Position numbers and translations under genes: made by a program
The notes under the pieces: model-generated
The model's input: only the letters and a program-made list of their open reading frames with translations
Told to the model about the DNA's origin: nothing
Databases searched by the model: none
Source: Minisyncoccota bacterium
Lineage (GTDB): Bacteria > Patescibacteriota > Minisyncoccia > UBA6257 > XYB1-36-10
Direction: 5' to 3'
Length of the DNA stretch: 64,000 nucleotides
NCBI GenBank assembly: GCA_041651415.1
Contig: JBAZJH010000001.1
Location: forward strand, 215,713 to 279,712
Shown: in pieces, positions 46,945 to 56,262 of the stretch
Layout: every line of letters starts with the position of its first letter
Numbering within the stretch: position 1 is the first letter of the stretch

Positions 46945-49050
46945 TTATTTTCGACCTTCAATAATTTCCTGTTCGATATTTTTCGGGACAGGTTCATAGG
47001 AACCAAATTCCATTGTGAAGCTTCCCCGTCCTTGAGTCAAAGAACGGAGCTTGGTGGCATAACCGAACATTTCGGAAAGCGGAACTTTCACGTCGATGAC
47101 TTTCGTGCCTTCGCGGTCGTCCATGGATTCAATCCGGCCTCTCTTGGAATTCAGGTCGCCCGAAACATCGCCTAAAAATTCAAGCGGAATAATCGTCTGA
47201 ACCTTCATAATCGGTTCCAAAATTATCGGTTTGGCGCGCTTAGCGGCTTCTTGTAAAGCCATAGAAGCGGCAATTTTGAAAGCAGCTTCGGAAGAGTCGA
47301 CTTCATGAAAAGAACCATCATAAAGAGCAACTTCAAAATCAACGAGAGGAAAACCGGCGATAACGCCTTTTTGCAAAGCTTCCTTGACTCCTTTTTCCAC
47401 CGCCGGAATAAATTCATTCGGAATAGCGCCTCCCTTAATTTCATTTTCAAAAGTGAAACCGGCACCGCGCTCAAGCGGAGTGATTCTAAGACGCACATGG
47501 CCGTATTGTCCGCGTCCGCCGGACTGGCGAATATATTTTCCTTCAGCTTCAGAACCGGTCGTTACAGTTTCTTTATAAGCAACTTGCGGACGACCGACTG
47601 ACGCGTCCACATTAAATTCACGCTTCATACGGTCAACAATAATTTCGAGATGAAGTTCACCCATGCCGGCAATAATAGTTTCGCCGGTTTCCTGGTCGCT
47701 TTTGATGCGAAAAGTCGGGTCTTCATCAGCCAGACGCTTAAGAGCCAAGCCCATTTTTTCCTGGTCGGCTTTTGTCTTCGGGTCGATTTTAACATTAATA
47801 ACCGGTTCTGGAAACACAATTTTTTCCAAAATAATCGGGCGGTCGGGAGAACAAAGCGTGTCGCCGGTCGTGGTGTTTTTCAAACCAACAATGGCGCCGA
47901 TGTCGCCGGAAAAAATTTCTTCCACTTCTTCGCGCTGATTAGCATGCATGCGGAGAATCCGGCCGACTCTTTCTTGTTCGTTCTTAATGGAATTTAAAAT
48001 GTAGCTGCCTTTTTTAAGGCTGCCGGCATAAACGCGGAAGAAAGTGAGGTGTCCAACATAAGGGTCGGAAGCGATTTTGAAAGCAAGAGAAGTGAAGGGA
48101 GCGCTATCGTCTGGATTTACAGTAATTTCCGCTTCGGTTTTAGGATCATTGCCTTTAACCGGAGGAACGTCTAGTGGAGACGGAAGATAATCAACTACAG
48201 CATCAAGAAGAAGCTGGACGCCTTTATTTCGAAGAGCGGTGCCGCAAAGAACCGGTACAAGAACGTAATTAATAGTGGCTTGCCTTAAAGTTTTTTTCAG
48301 TTCGTCTACAGAAATTTCTTCGCCGTTTAGATATTTATTTATAAGAGCTTCATCCTGCTCGGAAATTTTTTCAACAAGAATCGCTCTTTTTGCTTCCGCT
48401 TCCGCGCGCAAATTTTCCGGAATTTCAATTTTTTCCATTTTTTCTCCGTTTTCGCCGGAAAAAGAAAAAGCTTGCATAGTGAGAAGGTCAATGACGCCGG
48501 AGAAAGCGCCTTCCGCACCAATAGGAATTTCAAGAGCAACGGCTTTTTTAGTCAGTTTTTTTAAAATGGAATCGAAACTTTTATCAAAACTTGCGCCCAT
48601 GCGGTCAAGTTTGTTGATAAAACAAATTCTCGGAACTTTATATTTATCGGCTTGGCGCCAAACGGTTTCCGATTGCGGTTCAACACCGGCAACGCCGTCA
48701 AAAACTACAACACCGCCGTCTAAGACGCGGAGAGACCTCTCAACTTCAACCGTGAAGTCAACGTGGCCGGGAGTGTCAATCAAATTAATGCGATATTCAA
48801 AATTCTTATCTCCTTTTTTATAAGTAGGGGTCCAAAAACAAGTGGTGGCGGCGGAAGTAATAGTGATGCCGCGTTCGCGTTCCTGTTCCATCCAATCCAT
48901 AATGGCTTCTCCTTCGTGAACCTCGCCGATTTTATGCGAAATGCCGGTGTAAAAAAGAATGCGTTCGGAAACAGTTGTTTTTCCGGCATCGATATGAGCG
49001 ATAATGCCGATATCTCTCACTTTTTCCATTGGGTATTGTCGAGCAGACAT
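46945..49050 (-). CDS. fusA: elongation factor G
   Basis: [22 protein letters not shown]-motifs. Five-domain 701-aa protein. Confidence 0.95.
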   Translation of the reverse strand: MSARQYPMEKVRDIGIIAHIDAGKTTVSERILFYTGISHKIGEVHEGEAIMDWMEQERERGITITSAATTCFWTPTYKKGDKNFEYRINLIDTPGHVDFTVEVERSLRVLDGGVVVFDGVAGVEPQSETVWRQADKYKVPRICFINKLDRMGASFDKSFDSILKKLTKKAVALEIPIGAEGAFSGVIDLLTMQAFSFSGENGEKMEKIEIPENLRAEAEAKRAILVEKISEQDEALINKYLNGEEISVDELKKTLRQATINYVLVPVLCGTALRNKGVQLLLDAVVDYLPSPLDVPPVKGNDPKTEAEITVNPDDSAPFTSLAFKIASDPYVGHLTFFRVYAGSLKKGSYILNSIKNEQERVGRILRMHANQREEVEEIFSGDIGAIVGLKNTTTGDTLCSPDRPIILEKIVFPEPVINVKIDPKTKADQEKMGLALKRLADEDPTFRIKSDQETGETIIAGMGELHLEIIVDRMKREFNVDASVGRPQVAYKETVTTGSEAEGKYIRQSGGRGQYGHVRLRITPLERGAGFTFENEIKGGAIPNEFIPAVEKGVKEALQKGVIAGFPLVDFEVALYDGSFHEVDSSEAAFKIAASMALQEAAKRAKPIILEPIMKVQTIIPLEFLGDVSGDLNSKRGRIESMDDREGTKVIDVKVPLSEMFGYATKLRSLTQGRGSFTMEFGSYEPVPKNIEQEIIEGRK

Positions 49051-49125
49051 ATTATAAAAAAATTTCTAATTTCTAATGATTAATGATATTGCGACTAAAA
49101 AACAAGCAAAAACATATGTTTTGCT

Positions 49126-49614
49126 TTATTTATTCTTAGGTTTGGAAAAATTGGCAAAGTGAGCAAAAGCGCGGTTAGCTTCAGCCATTTTATGGGTATC
49201 CAGTTTTTTCTTAATAGCGTTGCCTTCGTTATTCGCCGCAGCAATCAGTTCTTCCGCCAAGCGTTTTGACATCGGCATGCCTTTTTTGCCGCGCGCGGCG
49301 GTGATAATCCAGCGGGCAGCCAAAATAAAACGGCGGTCGGGACGAACTTCAATCGGAATCTGATAATTGGCGCCTCCCACTCGGCGAGAAGCAAGCTCAA
49401 TATCAGGAGCGGCGTTTTCCATAGCTTTTTCAAAAACCGCCACCGGGTCCTGTCCGGTTTTTTCCGCCAAAATACTAAAACAATCGTGAATGATTTTTTC
49501 AGCCGCGGTTTTTTTGCCGTCCAGCATCAAATAATTGACAAAACGGCCAATGTCGAGGCGGTTATATTCAAAGTCCGGACCGAAATGTTTTTTATAAACT
49601 CTTTTTTTTCTCAT
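49126..49614 (-). CDS. rpsG: 30S ribosomal protein S7
   Basis: …NYLMLDGKKTAAEKI… S7 fold. Position between rpsL and fusA. Confidence 0.9.
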   Translation of the reverse strand: MRKKRVYKKHFGPDFEYNRLDIGRFVNYLMLDGKKTAAEKIIHDCFSILAEKTGQDPVAVFEKAMENAAPDIELASRRVGGANYQIPIEVRPDRRFILAARWIITAARGKKGMPMSKRLAEELIAAANNEGNAIKKKLDTHKMAEANRAFAHFANFSKPKNK

Positions 49615-49624
49615 CTTGATTTAT

Positions 49625-50035
49625 TTATTTAGGCCTCTTGGAACCGTATTTGCTTCTTTGCTGTTTGCGCTTCTCAACGCCGGCAGTGTCAAGAACGCCG
49701 CGAACGATATGATAACGAACACCGGGAAGGTCTTTGACGCGGCCGCCACGGAGAACAACCACGGAGTGCTCCTGAAGATTGTGGCCTTCGCCCGGAATAT
49801 AAGCGGTCACTTCCATGCCGTTTGAAAGCTTGACTCTTGCCACTTTACGAAGAGCCGAGTTCGGCTTTTTCGGAGTGGTGGTAAAAACTTTCAAACAGAC
49901 TCCCCTTTTGAAAGGAGAAGGAGAATCAACGGGCTTGTTTAAAATAGTATTAAAATACAGCCGAAGAGCCGGAGTTTTTTGTTTTTTAGCGGAAGTTTTT
50001 CTTCCTTTTCTGACTAATTGATTGATTGTGGGCAC
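49625..50035 (-). CDS. rpsL: 30S ribosomal protein S12
   Basis: [12 protein letters not shown]…[11 protein letters not shown]… S12 signature. Confidence 0.95.
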   Translation of the reverse strand: MPTINQLVRKGRKTSAKKQKTPALRLYFNTILNKPVDSPSPFKRGVCLKVFTTTPKKPNSALRKVARVKLSNGMEVTAYIPGEGHNLQEHSVVVLRGGRVKDLPGVRYHIVRGVLDTAGVEKRKQQRSKYGSKRPK

Positions 50036-50261
50036 AATAGAAGTTAAAAGTTTGTAAAGTTGAAAGTTAAAAGGACAATAATAATCGCGGGCAAGATAGC
50101 CTGCGGTTTTTAAATATAAGGCAAGAGATGCGTATTGTCAAATGACGAATTACTAATTTCTAATAACCAACTAATTATTAATAAATGACAAAAAAATAAA
50201 TTTTTCTAAATCAAGCCAAAAAATAATAAAGCTTTTAAAATTCAATAGAAAAAAGATATTT

Positions 50262-50885
50262 TTAAAAAACCAGAGAGGAACCTATTAAAAGATAAAAAAT
50301 AGCTTCGGAAATCGGGGAGATAAAAACGAAAGCAACAAGAAGAGCGATAAAAATGCCAATATAACCAAGTTTTAAAAAATGGCGGAAATATTTCGGAAAG
50401 AGAACGGCAACGATTTCTGAACCATCAAGAGGCGGGATGGGAATAAGATTGAAAACAGCAAGAACGATATTGGTGTAAACCACGAGTTCCAAAAAGAAAA
50501 TCGCGTTAGCGGAAAGGAGTCCGTAAGAAACAAGAAAAGGAGCGACAAATCTGATGAAAAGGCCGAAAACGGCGGCGATAGACAAGTTGGCGGCAGGACC
50601 GGCTAAAGCAACTTTCAGGGAACCATATTTTTTATCGGAGAGATTATAAGGATTATAAGGAACAGGCTTAGCCCAGCCGATAAAAATTCCGGAAGAAAAT
50701 AAAAGCAAGAGCGGAAGAATAATAGTGCCGAAAGGGTCAAGATGAGGAATAGGATTTAAAGTAAGGCGTCCGGCGCGTTTGGCAGTGTCGTCTCCCAATT
50801 CATAAGCCATAAGCCCATGAGCGTATTCATGAAAAATAGCCGAGACTATAATAACGAGATAAGTAAAAAAAGGAGATAAAGACAT
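50262..50885 (-). CDS. M50/site-2-protease-like membrane metalloprotease (small)
   Basis: HExxH in the first transmembrane helix (IFHEYAHGLMAYELG). Polytopic. 207 aa. Confidence 0.55.
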   Translation of the reverse strand: MSLSPFFTYLVIIVSAIFHEYAHGLMAYELGDDTAKRAGRLTLNPIPHLDPFGTIILPLLLLFSSGIFIGWAKPVPYNPYNLSDKKYGSLKVALAGPAANLSIAAVFGLFIRFVAPFLVSYGLLSANAIFFLELVVYTNIVLAVFNLIPIPPLDGSEIVAVLFPKYFRHFLKLGYIGIFIALLVAFVFISPISEAIFYLLIGSSLVF

Positions 50886-50949
50886 AGTTTTGCTTGCTTT
50901 TTGTGTTTCCTTATATTACACTAATTAAACTATTAAGGCAATAAAAAAT

Positions 50950-51132
50950 ATGAAACAATGTGAAATTTGCGGCAGAGGTTCCATAATGCGCAACAAAAGA
51001 GTAAAGTTGCGCGGAAATTACAACCCGACCGGAACAACCAGAAAGAAACCGAATTTGCAAAAAACTTTTTATAAAGGAGAAAGTATTTTATCCTGCACGA
51101 AGTGCATAAAAAGACAAAAGAAAGCAAAGTAA
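50950..51132 (+). CDS. rpmB: 50S ribosomal protein L28
   Basis: MKQCEICGRG…L.GNYNPTG…K… zinc-ribbon L28. Hairpin+T-run terminator at 51131-51165. Confidence 0.85.
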   Translation: MKQCEICGRGSIMRNKRVKLRGNYNPTGTTRKKPNLQKTFYKGESILSCTKCIKRQKKAK

Positions 51133-51174
51133 AAATTTTCCGCTTAGGGCGGAAATTTTTTTTTATGAAGTTTT

Positions 51175-51312
51175 TTACGCGCAATGTTTCTACGGAGATT
51201 TAAACGAAACTCAATTTTGAGTTTCACCCCACAGAAAGTCGGGGTTTTATTAAATCTTAGCCGTAGAAACCTTGCGCTAACGCGCAATGTTTCTACGGAG
51301 ATTTAATAAAAA
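51175..51312. repeat. intergenic mosaic palindromic repeat (partial C + B + C)
   Basis: CGCGCAATGTTTCTACGGAGATTTAAACGAAACTCAATTTTGAGTTTCACCCCACAGAAAGTCGGGGTTTTATTAAATCTTAGCCGTAGAAACCTTGCGCTAACGCGCAATGTTTCTACGGAGATTTAATAAA. Confidence 0.7.
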
Positions 51313-51428
51313 AAACCCTCTGGCGGAGGGTAAGGCCAGAGGGAAAACGGTTCGGGAGGAACCGCAGCAACCGGGAATCTCTTCTCTATCTTGTGCTATT
51401 TTTTATGATAGTTTAAAGGAAAAAAAAG

Positions 51429-51998
51429 TCAATACCCAGTAGACTTGCCAATTTGGCGATTTATAGAAAATGAAGAACCGTCCAGTGACGCGCCTAAAGA
51501 ATAAGATTCATCACCGCAACCATTTGTAATTAACGGTATGATATTAGGGACCGGACCAAAAATCCAAAGATTGTGTTTTTTGCTCGCCTCTTCTAAATCT
51601 TGAGCAAAAGAGAGAATTCTTTTAATGAAGGTGTTTTCTTTCCAAGAAAGTTTTGGCCAAGCGGCTCCGCAAATTCTTGAAATGAAATCAATTTTAATTT
51701 CATTCAAATCCGGCCTGATAGCCTTTAATTCCTCTTCGGTAACGACTCTAAGTTCATAAGGAGAAGAGATTGAAAACGGTTCACCAAATTTCTTTTCACA
51801 AAAAGGGCCTCTTCCATCCCAGAAACAAGACGGACCTTTTACTGCGACATGACGAATTATTCCGTTTTTCATCAAGCCATAGATAGGCCAACCGGTTCCC
51901 CGCGAAAAAGCGATCGCGAAAGCATAGCATTCCCCATCAAGACAAAAAGATTTTATGAAAGACCGAAGTTCTTTTCTATTAATCGGCGATATTTCCAT
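51429..51998 (-). CDS. hypothetical Cys-containing protein
   Basis: 189-aa ORF with normal codon usage. No recognisable motif. Confidence 0.4.
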   Translation of the reverse strand: MEISPINRKELRSFIKSFCLDGECYAFAIAFSRGTGWPIYGLMKNGIIRHVAVKGPSCFWDGRGPFCEKKFGEPFSISSPYELRVVTEEELKAIRPDLNEIKIDFISRICGAAWPKLSWKENTFIKRILSFAQDLEEASKKHNLWIFGPVPNIIPLITNGCGDESYSLGASLDGSSFSINRQIGKSTGY

Positions 51999-52148
51999 AG
52001 TGCGCCTCCGAACACAGGTTTATAAAAAAGCTCAAAATATAATAAATGACTTTTAGTGTTTCGTCAATATCAGACAAAAAACAATCTTGTGAAAAAGAGC
52101 CCGGTCAGATAAGATAAAAGAAAAGTTTTGTTTTTAAAGTATTTCTAA

Positions 52149-52219
52149 CGGGCTGTCGTATAACGGAAGTACGCATGCATGGGGTGCATGTAGCCCGGGT
52201 TCAATTCCCGGCAGCCCGA
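52149..52219 (+). tRNA. tRNA-Pro (anticodon GGG)
   Basis: Acceptor CGGGCTG/CAGCCCG with the C1:G72 pair typical of tRNA-Pro. D-stem GTAT/GTAC. Anticodon stem CATGC/GCATG with loop ATGGGGT. T-arm CCGGG-TTCAATT-CCCGG. Discriminator A. CCA not encoded. Confidence 0.8.
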
Positions 52220-52366
52220 CAAAGATAAGCGCAAAAAAACAAAGTTTGATATAAAACAGATTTAAATCGGGTTCTTAGCCAGAGTCCGTCTTTAATGGAA
52301 ATTCCCGGCCCGCTTCGCCGAGACAAAAGCGAGGCGAGCAGCCCAACCAACTTTAACTTTTTTCTT

Positions 52367-52395
52367 GACTTTAAATAATATCTGTGCTATAAAAA
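52367..52395 (+). promoter_or_regulatory. sigma70-like promoter TTGACT-17-TATAAA
   Basis: Near-consensus hexamers with 17-nt spacing, ~65 nt upstream of the 52461 gene. Confidence 0.4.
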
Positions 52396-52460
52396 GCAAG
52401 GTTTTAAATTGCGGTGTTTTGCCGCAAAAGCACATAAAAAATTAAAAAGGAGAAAGAATC

Positions 52461-52964
52461 ATGGGACAAAGATGGAAGGATTATGAGGGTGCGTTGGAAT
52501 ATGGACCGAAAAAAATTGTCGTAAAGGTTATTTTGGGACTTTTTTCGGTCGCTGTTTTGGTTTTTGTTCTCGGATATATGTTTGGTTGGTTCGGTGAAGC
52601 AGTAATGTTAGCGAAAGAGGAATTCGGACCGCGCGCCATGCTTGAAAAGTATGAGTGGTTTAAAGATGCCGCCGCTCAACTTGAAAAAAAGCAGGCAGAC
52701 ATTGCTGTTTACAACGGACGCTTAACGGCGATGAACGGGACTTATAAAGACCTCGCTCGCCAGAAGTGGCCGCGTGAAGACCGGGAACAATATAACATTT
52801 GGACATCGGAAGTCGCCGGAGTAAAAGCAAGTTTTAATGCGCTTGCTGCCGATTACAATGCCCAAATGGCCAAGTTTAATTGGCGATTCGCTAATGCCGG
52901 AGATTTGCCTAAAGGAGCGGATAAACCGCTTCCGCGAGAATTTAAAGAATACATTTCCCAATAG
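52461..52964 (+). CDS. membrane-anchored protein of unknown function
   Basis: One N-terminal transmembrane helix, then a soluble ~120-aa domain. GC-richer than neighbours. Good Shine-Dalgarno AAAAGGAGAAAGAATCATG. Confidence 0.45.
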   Translation: MGQRWKDYEGALEYGPKKIVVKVILGLFSVAVLVFVLGYMFGWFGEAVMLAKEEFGPRAMLEKYEWFKDAAAQLEKKQADIAVYNGRLTAMNGTYKDLARQKWPREDREQYNIWTSEVAGVKASFNALAADYNAQMAKFNWRFANAGDLPKGADKPLPREFKEYISQ

Positions 52965-52998
52965 TTCCAGGAATCAAACGAAAGAAAGGAAAATACAA

Positions 52999-53553
52999 AT
53001 GAAGAAAGCATCCGTAGTTTTCACTTTTGTTTTAGCGCTTGGCATCTTAACTGGATGCGGACCCCAAGTTCAATCTGTATCCGGAACTAAGATGGCAACA
53101 GTCGAGGAAGTCAAAACCGGCTCTAACGGACTGACGGTTGAACAACAAAACATATCGGATCGCATTATTATGGACAACCAACCCGGCGCCATCAAACACT
53201 TGTATGTTGTTTCCGCTTATAGTGGACAGGTCATTATTTATTCCACTGTCCGCGGAAAAGTAACAAGTAGCGGGAAAAGATTAACACCAGACAGTGTTGT
53301 AAATAGTGTAAATAATTTCCGTTTTAATATAAGCGGAATGGAATTTTGTACAGATAAGGTTCTAGGAGAAGATGGGACCTATGGATCGTCTATAGAATAC
53401 TTGTATTGGTGGGATGCGAAAGGAGTTTACCATCAGCAATACGTAACCGGCGGCATGATTCTTCATGTTTCCGACCAACCGCTTGCGGTTAAGGGAATTA
53501 TCATTAATATGGAAATTACCCAAAAACCGGAAGTGGAAGCAAAAGAAGAATAA
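52999..53553 (+). CDS. lipoprotein of unknown function
   Basis: Lipobox …LGILTGC. Start at MKKASVV…, which has its own ribosome-binding site. The track ORF from 52837 is an upstream read-through overlapping the previous gene. Hairpin terminator at 53575-53605. Confidence 0.5.
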   Translation: MKKASVVFTFVLALGILTGCGPQVQSVSGTKMATVEEVKTGSNGLTVEQQNISDRIIMDNQPGAIKHLYVVSAYSGQVIIYSTVRGKVTSSGKRLTPDSVVNSVNNFRFNISGMEFCTDKVLGEDGTYGSSIEYLYWWDAKGVYHQQYVTGGMILHVSDQPLAVKGIIINMEITQKPEVEAKEE

Positions 53554-53621
53554 AGAGGAGAAAAAACCAACAACGCCTTACGGAGAAATCCGCAAGGCGT
53601 TTTTTATTAAATATTTTTAAA

Positions 53622-54557
53622 TTAGTTTTTTATTTTTTGTTTGAAAGAATCGATAAGAGGCGTAGATAAAGGATTTACTCCGGAAGATTTGGCAATGGAA
53701 AGAGAAGCCCAGCCCGCAATGAGAAGAGAAGAAAAAATCTCTTCAAAAACATTATCTCCCTTCGATTCGTTCACGAGAACGGATTTAAAGATTTCGGAAG
53801 TAACGGCCATTCTTTTTTTAATCATCGCCGAGTCGCGAGAAGAAGAAAGAAAAATAAAAGCAAATTTATTTAAGCCGGAAGAAAAACCTTCCATTTCGTT
53901 ATGATTCAGTTCCGGAAAATAATTGGCAAAAGCGGGAATTTTGGCGGTTTCGTTGAATTTTATTTTCCAAGCGTAAGCGAGCGGGAAATTAAGAAGGGAA
54001 GAATAAACGACAGGAATCTTGCCGGAAATAAATTCGGCAAATTTTTCTCCGTCCTTGATAAAAGATTCCGGGCGGAATTTAGAAGAAAGAGAAGAAACTT
54101 CTTCCTCTTCTTTTTTAAGACCGATTAATTTAAGGAGAGCTTTTAAAGAAAAGCCGAGGGCAAGGCGAGGCGGAAAACCGGCAGGAATTTTTACAAAAGG
54201 AATTTTGTTTTCCAGAGCCAGACGAAGAAGCTGGCCACCAGAGGAAACAACGGCAAGATTCAATCCCTTTTTTAAAGATTCATTAAAAACATCAAGCGTT
54301 TCTTCGGTTTCGCCGGAATAAGAAGAACAGATAATAAGAGAATCATTTAAAAAATAATCGGGAACGCGAGGAAGTCCGTAGTCGCGATGGATAAGAAGGT
54401 CCAGTTTTGGAGCGGCAATTTTAATAAATCCGGCTGATAAATGGGAACCGCCCATACCAGCGACAATAAACTTATCCGCGCCTTTTAAATTTTCTGAATT
54501 GATTATTTCAGGCTGAAAAGCAAATTGGGCGGAAAAGTTTTTAAGGATATTTTCCAT
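53622..54557 (-). CDS. bifunctional phosphoglucose/phosphomannose isomerase-type SIS-domain protein
   Basis: SIS motifs FIVAGMGGSHL and ICSSYSGETEETL. Size (311 aa) typical of the PGI/PMI family. Confidence 0.65.
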   Translation of the reverse strand: MENILKNFSAQFAFQPEIINSENLKGADKFIVAGMGGSHLSAGFIKIAAPKLDLLIHRDYGLPRVPDYFLNDSLIICSSYSGETEETLDVFNESLKKGLNLAVVSSGGQLLRLALENKIPFVKIPAGFPPRLALGFSLKALLKLIGLKKEEEEVSSLSSKFRPESFIKDGEKFAEFISGKIPVVYSSLLNFPLAYAWKIKFNETAKIPAFANYFPELNHNEMEGFSSGLNKFAFIFLSSSRDSAMIKKRMAVTSEIFKSVLVNESKGDNVFEEIFSSLLIAGWASLSIAKSSGVNPLSTPLIDSFKQKIKN

Positions 54558-54615
54558 AAAAAGATTATAACATAAAACCGGTCCGATTATATCGGACCGG
54601 TTTTTAAAAGAAAGA

Positions 54616-55389
54616 TTAATTTGCCAAAGCTTTGTCTAAAACAGATTTTATGAATTCAGTTGGATAAGCGCCTGGAATAGTACCCACGTAACCTTTTTCG
54701 TTAAAAACAAGAGAGTAAGGAGTGCCTTCAGCGCCGTTTTTTGAACCTTCGGCAGCTTCAGAGGCTACAGAAGAAGCATATTTACCGGAATCAAGGCAAG
54801 AAGAAAAAGCTTTTTCGTCTATACCCAGAGTTTTAGCGATATCAGACAATTCAGCGATTTTAATCTGTTCGTTTTTGAAAAGTTCATCGGCAAATTTCCA
54901 GAAAGCGTCATTGCCGCCAAGTTCGGCAACACATTCGGAAGCTTCCGCCTTTTTTTCCGCTCCGGCATGAATGCTTAAAGGAAAGTGGCGGTAAATCCAA
55001 GCAACTTTTCCGGTATCGATATAATCAGCTTTAACATCATTCAACATAGTTTCCTGAAATTTTCCGCAGAAAGGACATTCCAGGTCGGAATATTCATAAA
55101 TTTTAACGAAAGCATTGCGGTCGCCAAGAATATGGTCAGTATCCGAAACAGGAGAAACCGATATTTCTGTTTTTGCGCCAAGAGATTCTTCCACTTTTGC
55201 CTGTTCGCCATTTTTAACTGAAGGACTGGAGTCATAAACAACAGCTCCCGCGATAAGAAGGCCGGCGACAATAATGGAACTTGCGATAATATAAATGTTA
55301 TTTTGTTCTTTATTATTTTCTGACATTTTAAATAAGTGAATTATAAAAGGCGAGATAAGTATAAAAGAAAAGGAAAAAGTTATCAACAA
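54616..55389 (-). CDS. DsbA-like thiol:disulfide oxidoreductase with N-terminal membrane anchor
   Basis: CPFC active site (YSDLECPFCGKF) inside a thioredoxin fold. N-terminal transmembrane helix. Exact start uncertain. Confidence 0.75.
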   Translation of the reverse strand: MLITFSFSFILISPFIIHLFKMSENNKEQNNIYIIASSIIVAGLLIAGAVVYDSSPSVKNGEQAKVEESLGAKTEISVSPVSDTDHILGDRNAFVKIYEYSDLECPFCGKFQETMLNDVKADYIDTGKVAWIYRHFPLSIHAGAEKKAEASECVAELGGNDAFWKFADELFKNEQIKIAELSDIAKTLGIDEKAFSSCLDSGKYASSVASEAAEGSKNGAEGTPYSLVFNEKGYVGTIPGAYPTEFIKSVLDKALAN

Positions 55390-55394
55390 AAAAG

Positions 55395-55775
55395 AGGGGG
55401 TTGAAAATAAAAAAGAGGTTTGATAATATTGAAATCAGTACTTCAAACCGGTTATAGAAGAACTGAAGGAAGAGTAAAACTCAAACGACTTATGGAAGCC
55501 GTTTGGGCGGAAAATGGGAAGCGGTTCGACCGCACTTTGCTTGGTTATCAACAAACCGGCAAAAGGAGAAATATCATGTTGAAAGACAAAATGGTCGCGG
55601 GTTCCCGCGGTCAACCACAGGAATTCGGTTTCGGTTTTGAGTCTACAGTGTCTACAGTTCGGTTCTGCGACAGCGACGCGGTGGAGACTACTCTCTAAAG
55701 AGCACGCGCTTAGTGCATAGGGGGGAGATGTCTTCTACCCGGCCCGAGGCAAAAAGTCTCGGGCCTTTTAATTTT
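55395..55775 (+). other. cassette copy A: promoter (TTGAAA-17-TAATAT), ~140-nt conserved leader, SD+sORF (55576-55698, 40 aa), intrinsic terminator
   Basis: The leader CAGTACTTCAAACCGGTT…AGAGTAAAACTCAAACGACTTATGGAAGCCGTTTGGGCGGAAAATGGGAAGCGGTT is repeated almost exactly in copy B. Shine-Dalgarno AAAAGGAGAAATATCATG. Terminator GGCCCGAGGCAAAAAGTCTCGGGCCTTTT. Confidence 0.45.
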
Positions 55776-55776
55776 T

Positions 55777-56145
55777 AATATTGACAAAAAATAAATCGAT
55801 TTGATATTATAAAAGCAGTACTTCAAACCGGTTGAAGAAAGAGTAAAACTCAAACGACTTATGGAAGCCGTTTGGGCGGAAAATGGGAAGCGGTTTCGGC
55901 CGCACTTCGCTTGGCTAGCAAGCCAGCGGAGGGAGAAATTATCATGTTTACCCAAAAGACGGCGACCTGTGGATGTCCACGCGGTCGCCCGGAAACGATG
56001 GCTCAGTTTTTTTCAGTCACGACGGCCCCCAGAATCAGCGACGCAGTGGAGACTTTCCAAAGCACACGCTAAGGTAAACACCCCAAGTGCGTAGGAACTC
56101 TCCTACCCGGCCCGAGACAAAAAGTCTCGGGCCTTTTAATTTTTA
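55777..56145 (+). other. cassette copy B: promoter (TTGACA-18-TATTAT), conserved leader, SD+sORF (55944-56072, 42 aa), intrinsic terminator
   Basis: Same leader minus a 16-nt segment. Shine-Dalgarno GGAGGGAGAAATTATCATG. The peptide differs from copy A except for a shared …SDAVET… stretch. Terminator GGCCCGAGACAAAAAGTCTCGGGCCTTTT. Confidence 0.45.
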
Positions 56146-56150
56146 ATATT

Positions 56151-56262
56151 GAAATGAAACTCCACGGCCTTACAGCCGTGGTATCTTCAAGTTTCACCCC
56201 GCCAAAGGCGGGGTTTTATTAAAAATGAAGCCCCGCAGCCCTATGGTCGTGGAGTTTCATTT
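56151..56262. repeat. intergenic mosaic palindromic repeat (A+B enclosed by a long inverted repeat)
   Basis: ATGAAACTCCACGGCCTTACAGCCGTGGTA…GTTTCACCCCGCCAAAGGCGGGGTTTTATTAAAAATGAAGCCCCGCAGCCCTATGGTCGTGGAGTTTCAT. Confidence 0.65.

Noticed and set aside
55436-55575. Assigning the conserved leader to a known riboswitch class (fluoride, guanidine, preQ1, ZTP, T-box)
   Set aside because: None of the class-defining consensus segments I can recall are present. It is left unclassified.
55420-55698. 92-aa ORF (TTG start) spanning the conserved leader plus sORF A
   Set aside because: The homologous stretch in copy B is frameshifted by a 1-nt indel, yet the nucleotide sequence stays nearly identical. 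Conservation therefore looks RNA-level rather than protein-level. It remains an alternative interpretation.
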